Below the pieces are notes generated by a model. That model was not told the origin of the DNA and did no database searches. It saw only the letters and a list, made by a program, of their open reading frames with translations. From positions 1 to 58,774 of the forward strand of contig JBHJGN010000033.1 of the NCBI GenBank assembly GCA_050331735.1: 58,774 nucleotides of DNA. The letters run 5' to 3'. The stretch comes from Cyanophyceae cyanobacterium. Lineage in GTDB: Bacteria > Cyanobacteriota > Cyanobacteriia > Cyanobacteriales > JBHJGN01. The translations under genes were made by a program, and so were the position numbers. Positions within the stretch are counted from its first letter, which is position 1. The number at the start of each line of letters is the position of its first letter. Below are positions 56,837-58,774 of this stretch, in pieces.

Positions 56837-57410
56837 TCGGTTCGATAATTGCTTCGACCAGTGCAGCTTTAAGATCTTCTGGCAGCCTCCTTTCCCTAGC
56901 TGTAGCAGCCTGCAAACAAGCGAATTTTCAGCCCGAATCATGGCTCTTGTCAGGTTTTGGTGATGCCGAAAGCAAAGGGCGATCGCTGGCGATTAATGAA
57001 TCCTGCGGTTGTTAAAATGAGAGCCCTGAGAACAAATCAAAGTTTTACAAGGTTTTTTAGAATTGCTACTGCTACGACTGTTGCCGTGGGTATTTTTAGC
57101 AGCAGTAAGCAGCAGTACAACCCACATTTCGCATCTGCATTTATCCCTAGAAAATTTGCCTCCGCAGGTTGCTTCAACGAAAAAAACAATTAATCTGAAA
57201 TGCTTACAACTTTTATTTAATAAGCTTTCCAGCTTTTTTACTCCTAGAGAGCTAATTCACTGATCACACAGCCCCATTAACCCCTGTTAGTTGTCATTAG
57301 AGAAACTTAATTGACAATTTGTTGAGTTTTTGCCTCTTCAAATAACGACCTCGATTGGGAGAAATGCGATCGCGCTACCAACAAAAACATACGAGGAGTA
57401 ACTCATCTTT

Positions 57411-58253
57411 ATGTACCAAAAAGCTTATGGAATTATAGAAACCCTCGCGCCGCTTCATGTTGGGGCGAGTGCGGGAGAAGAAACAGGTAATCTCAATCTA
57501 ATTTTTCGCGATCAGTTTACCCAGACGGGGATTATCCCTGGTAGTTCTATCCGAGGGCGTTTTCGGGCGAATATGCGATCGCAATCTCACGAAAGAACTG
57601 CCAACTGGTATGGACACGAAGCTGTTACCGGACAAGAAGACGGAGGGACAACAGAAGCTAAAGTTAAGTTTGAGTATGCTTCTTTAGTCTGGCTGCCAGT
57701 CTTTTGCCCTGGTCAACCGATAGTATGGGTGACGTGTCCCTGGTTGCTAAAGCGGTATAAACAAATTACGGGTATCAACGCTGCTATTCCCGCACCCTAT
57801 AGTGCCACTAAAAGTTTAGAAGCTAGGGATATCGGTAACAATCGCAAGATTCTGTTTTTTAACCTCGGTTTCCTGAAGATCGAACACACCAATGTAGATT
57901 TATCTCCCTGGCTTCCCGATGGGACAAGTATTCCTCAATCTCAGCTAGTGGTAGTAGACAACAACGATATAGCCATGATTCACGATATGGCACTGTATCG
58001 TCAGAGTCGAGTTGCATTGGAAGAAGAACAGAAAAAAGCTAAGCAGAGAGCGTTTTTTAATGTCGAAGCTTTACCGGAGGGAAGTGTATTAATTTTTCCC
58101 ATCGCTTTAAGGGAACCAGGATGGCAACCCTTTGGTGGAGAAACTTCGGAAGAATTGTACTTTGGTGGTTTAGAGTCCATTGGTTTTGGTCGCTGTCAGG
58201 TAATTATTAACGGAGAAGCGATCGCCGATACCAGTCAACAGGAGGCTGCATAA
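57411..58253 (+). CDS. cmr4: Type III-B CRISPR RAMP protein, Cmr4-like (Cas7 group)
   Basis: LAPLHVGA, IPGSSIRGRFR, VWVTCPWLL, E.LPEGS and the Gly-rich loop FGGLESIGFGRC. GAGGAG upstream. Confidence 0.88.
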   Translation: MYQKAYGIIETLAPLHVGASAGEETGNLNLIFRDQFTQTGIIPGSSIRGRFRANMRSQSHERTANWYGHEAVTGQEDGGTTEAKVKFEYASLVWLPVFCPGQPIVWVTCPWLLKRYKQITGINAAIPAPYSATKSLEARDIGNNRKILFFNLGFLKIEHTNVDLSPWLPDGTSIPQSQLVVVDNNDIAMIHDMALYRQSRVALEEEQKKAKQRAFFNVEALPEGSVLIFPIALREPGWQPFGGETSEELYFGGLESIGFGRCQVIINGEAIADTSQQEAA

Positions 58254-58684
58254 TGGGTTGGAAGTACTACGGTTTAGATTGAGAAGCACAACGGTTGGTC
58301 TTAGCTGCTAAACAGCGCGACGACTCATCTCTCAATCAAGCTTTCAAAATGCGAGAGTCTGTAGCCTACGGCTTAGAGAGATTTTGGGGCGAACATTTAA
58401 GATTGCAGGGCAAAGAAGAAACCAAATCTCAGTATTGGAAGGAAACTTGGGATACCTTGGTCGCAATTATGAATAACGCCAATGTCTCAATTCCTAATGA
58501 TCGCGTTAATGCCAACGATACTGAATCTATTCGAGGTATGGCAGAACGGCTGTGGACGCTAGAAATAGAAACCCAGCGTGTTGCTTTAGCCGTGTTAACG
58601 CAGCTATGCGACTGTTTGGTTTGGTGGACGCAAAAATATACAGCGCTTTGCAGGTTTATGAGGGACAATAACAGCAGTGGGTAA
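58253..58684 (+). pseudogene. Probable Cmr5-like (Cas11) small subunit with a premature stop at codon 10
   Basis: ATG 58253 overlaps the cmr4 stop (TAATG). Reads MGWKYYGLD*EAQRLVL..., with TGA at 58280-58282 in frame with the listed 129-aa ORF (AYGLERFWGEHLRL...LCDCLVWWTQ). The Cmr5 identity is inferred from size, helical character and position. Confidence 0.65.
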
Positions 58685-58774
58685 ACCAGTTACGCAAATG
58701 CTGAGGATTTATGAGATACATCGCTATTTTGATGAGCAAATCAACTTTTTTAGCGGTCTTGGGAGAAAACTGTC

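Larger units (their letters stand above)
5261..58230. repeat. Dispersed HIP1 octamer GCGATCGC
   Basis: Recurs frequently through the cluster and around cmr4 (e.g. 5426 and 58218). Not seen in the CRISPR/IS block. A cyanobacterial hallmark. Confidence 0.9.

Noticed and set aside
56837..57410. Small ORFs between the ferredoxin-like gene and cmr4, as a possible cas accessory gene or gene remnant at the island junction
   Set aside because: Frames are short and mutually overlapping with no family I can support. A degraded minus-strand gene is possible but unproven.

Overview
This is cyanobacterial DNA (the HIP1 octamer GCGATCGC recurs throughout) in three parts. (1) 1-4100: a leader and a 20-repeat type III-style CRISPR array that ends at an IS66 element, followed by an ISKra4-like transposase fragment and the C-terminal half of a tyrosine integrase. 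(2) 4629-56836: a ~52 kb hybrid FAAL/PKS/NRPS cluster on the minus strand, predicted to make a cyanochelin-like beta-hydroxyaspartate lipopeptide siderophore, with a divergent uptake operon (AMIN-TonB-dependent receptor, periplasmic binding protein, MFS transporter, sucrase/ferredoxin-like protein). The predicted chain is acyl-ketide-(methyl)thiazoline-Phe-Gly-bOHAsp-D-Ser-D-bOHAsp-Gly, released by a reductase. (3) 57411-end: the start of a type III-B-like cas operon (cmr4-like gene, then a cmr5-like gene with a premature stop). The most unusual feature is a PKS dehydratase whose two halves lie in separate in-frame ORFs, split by a single TAA, with a luciferase-like monooxygenase between them. 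Also notable: a KS0/AT0 relay module, two interface-domain Asp modules served by two different hydroxylase types, a lower-GC T-R terminus, and a MITE-like insertion in front of the stand-alone hydroxylase. All calls come from reading motifs by eye; no searches were run.
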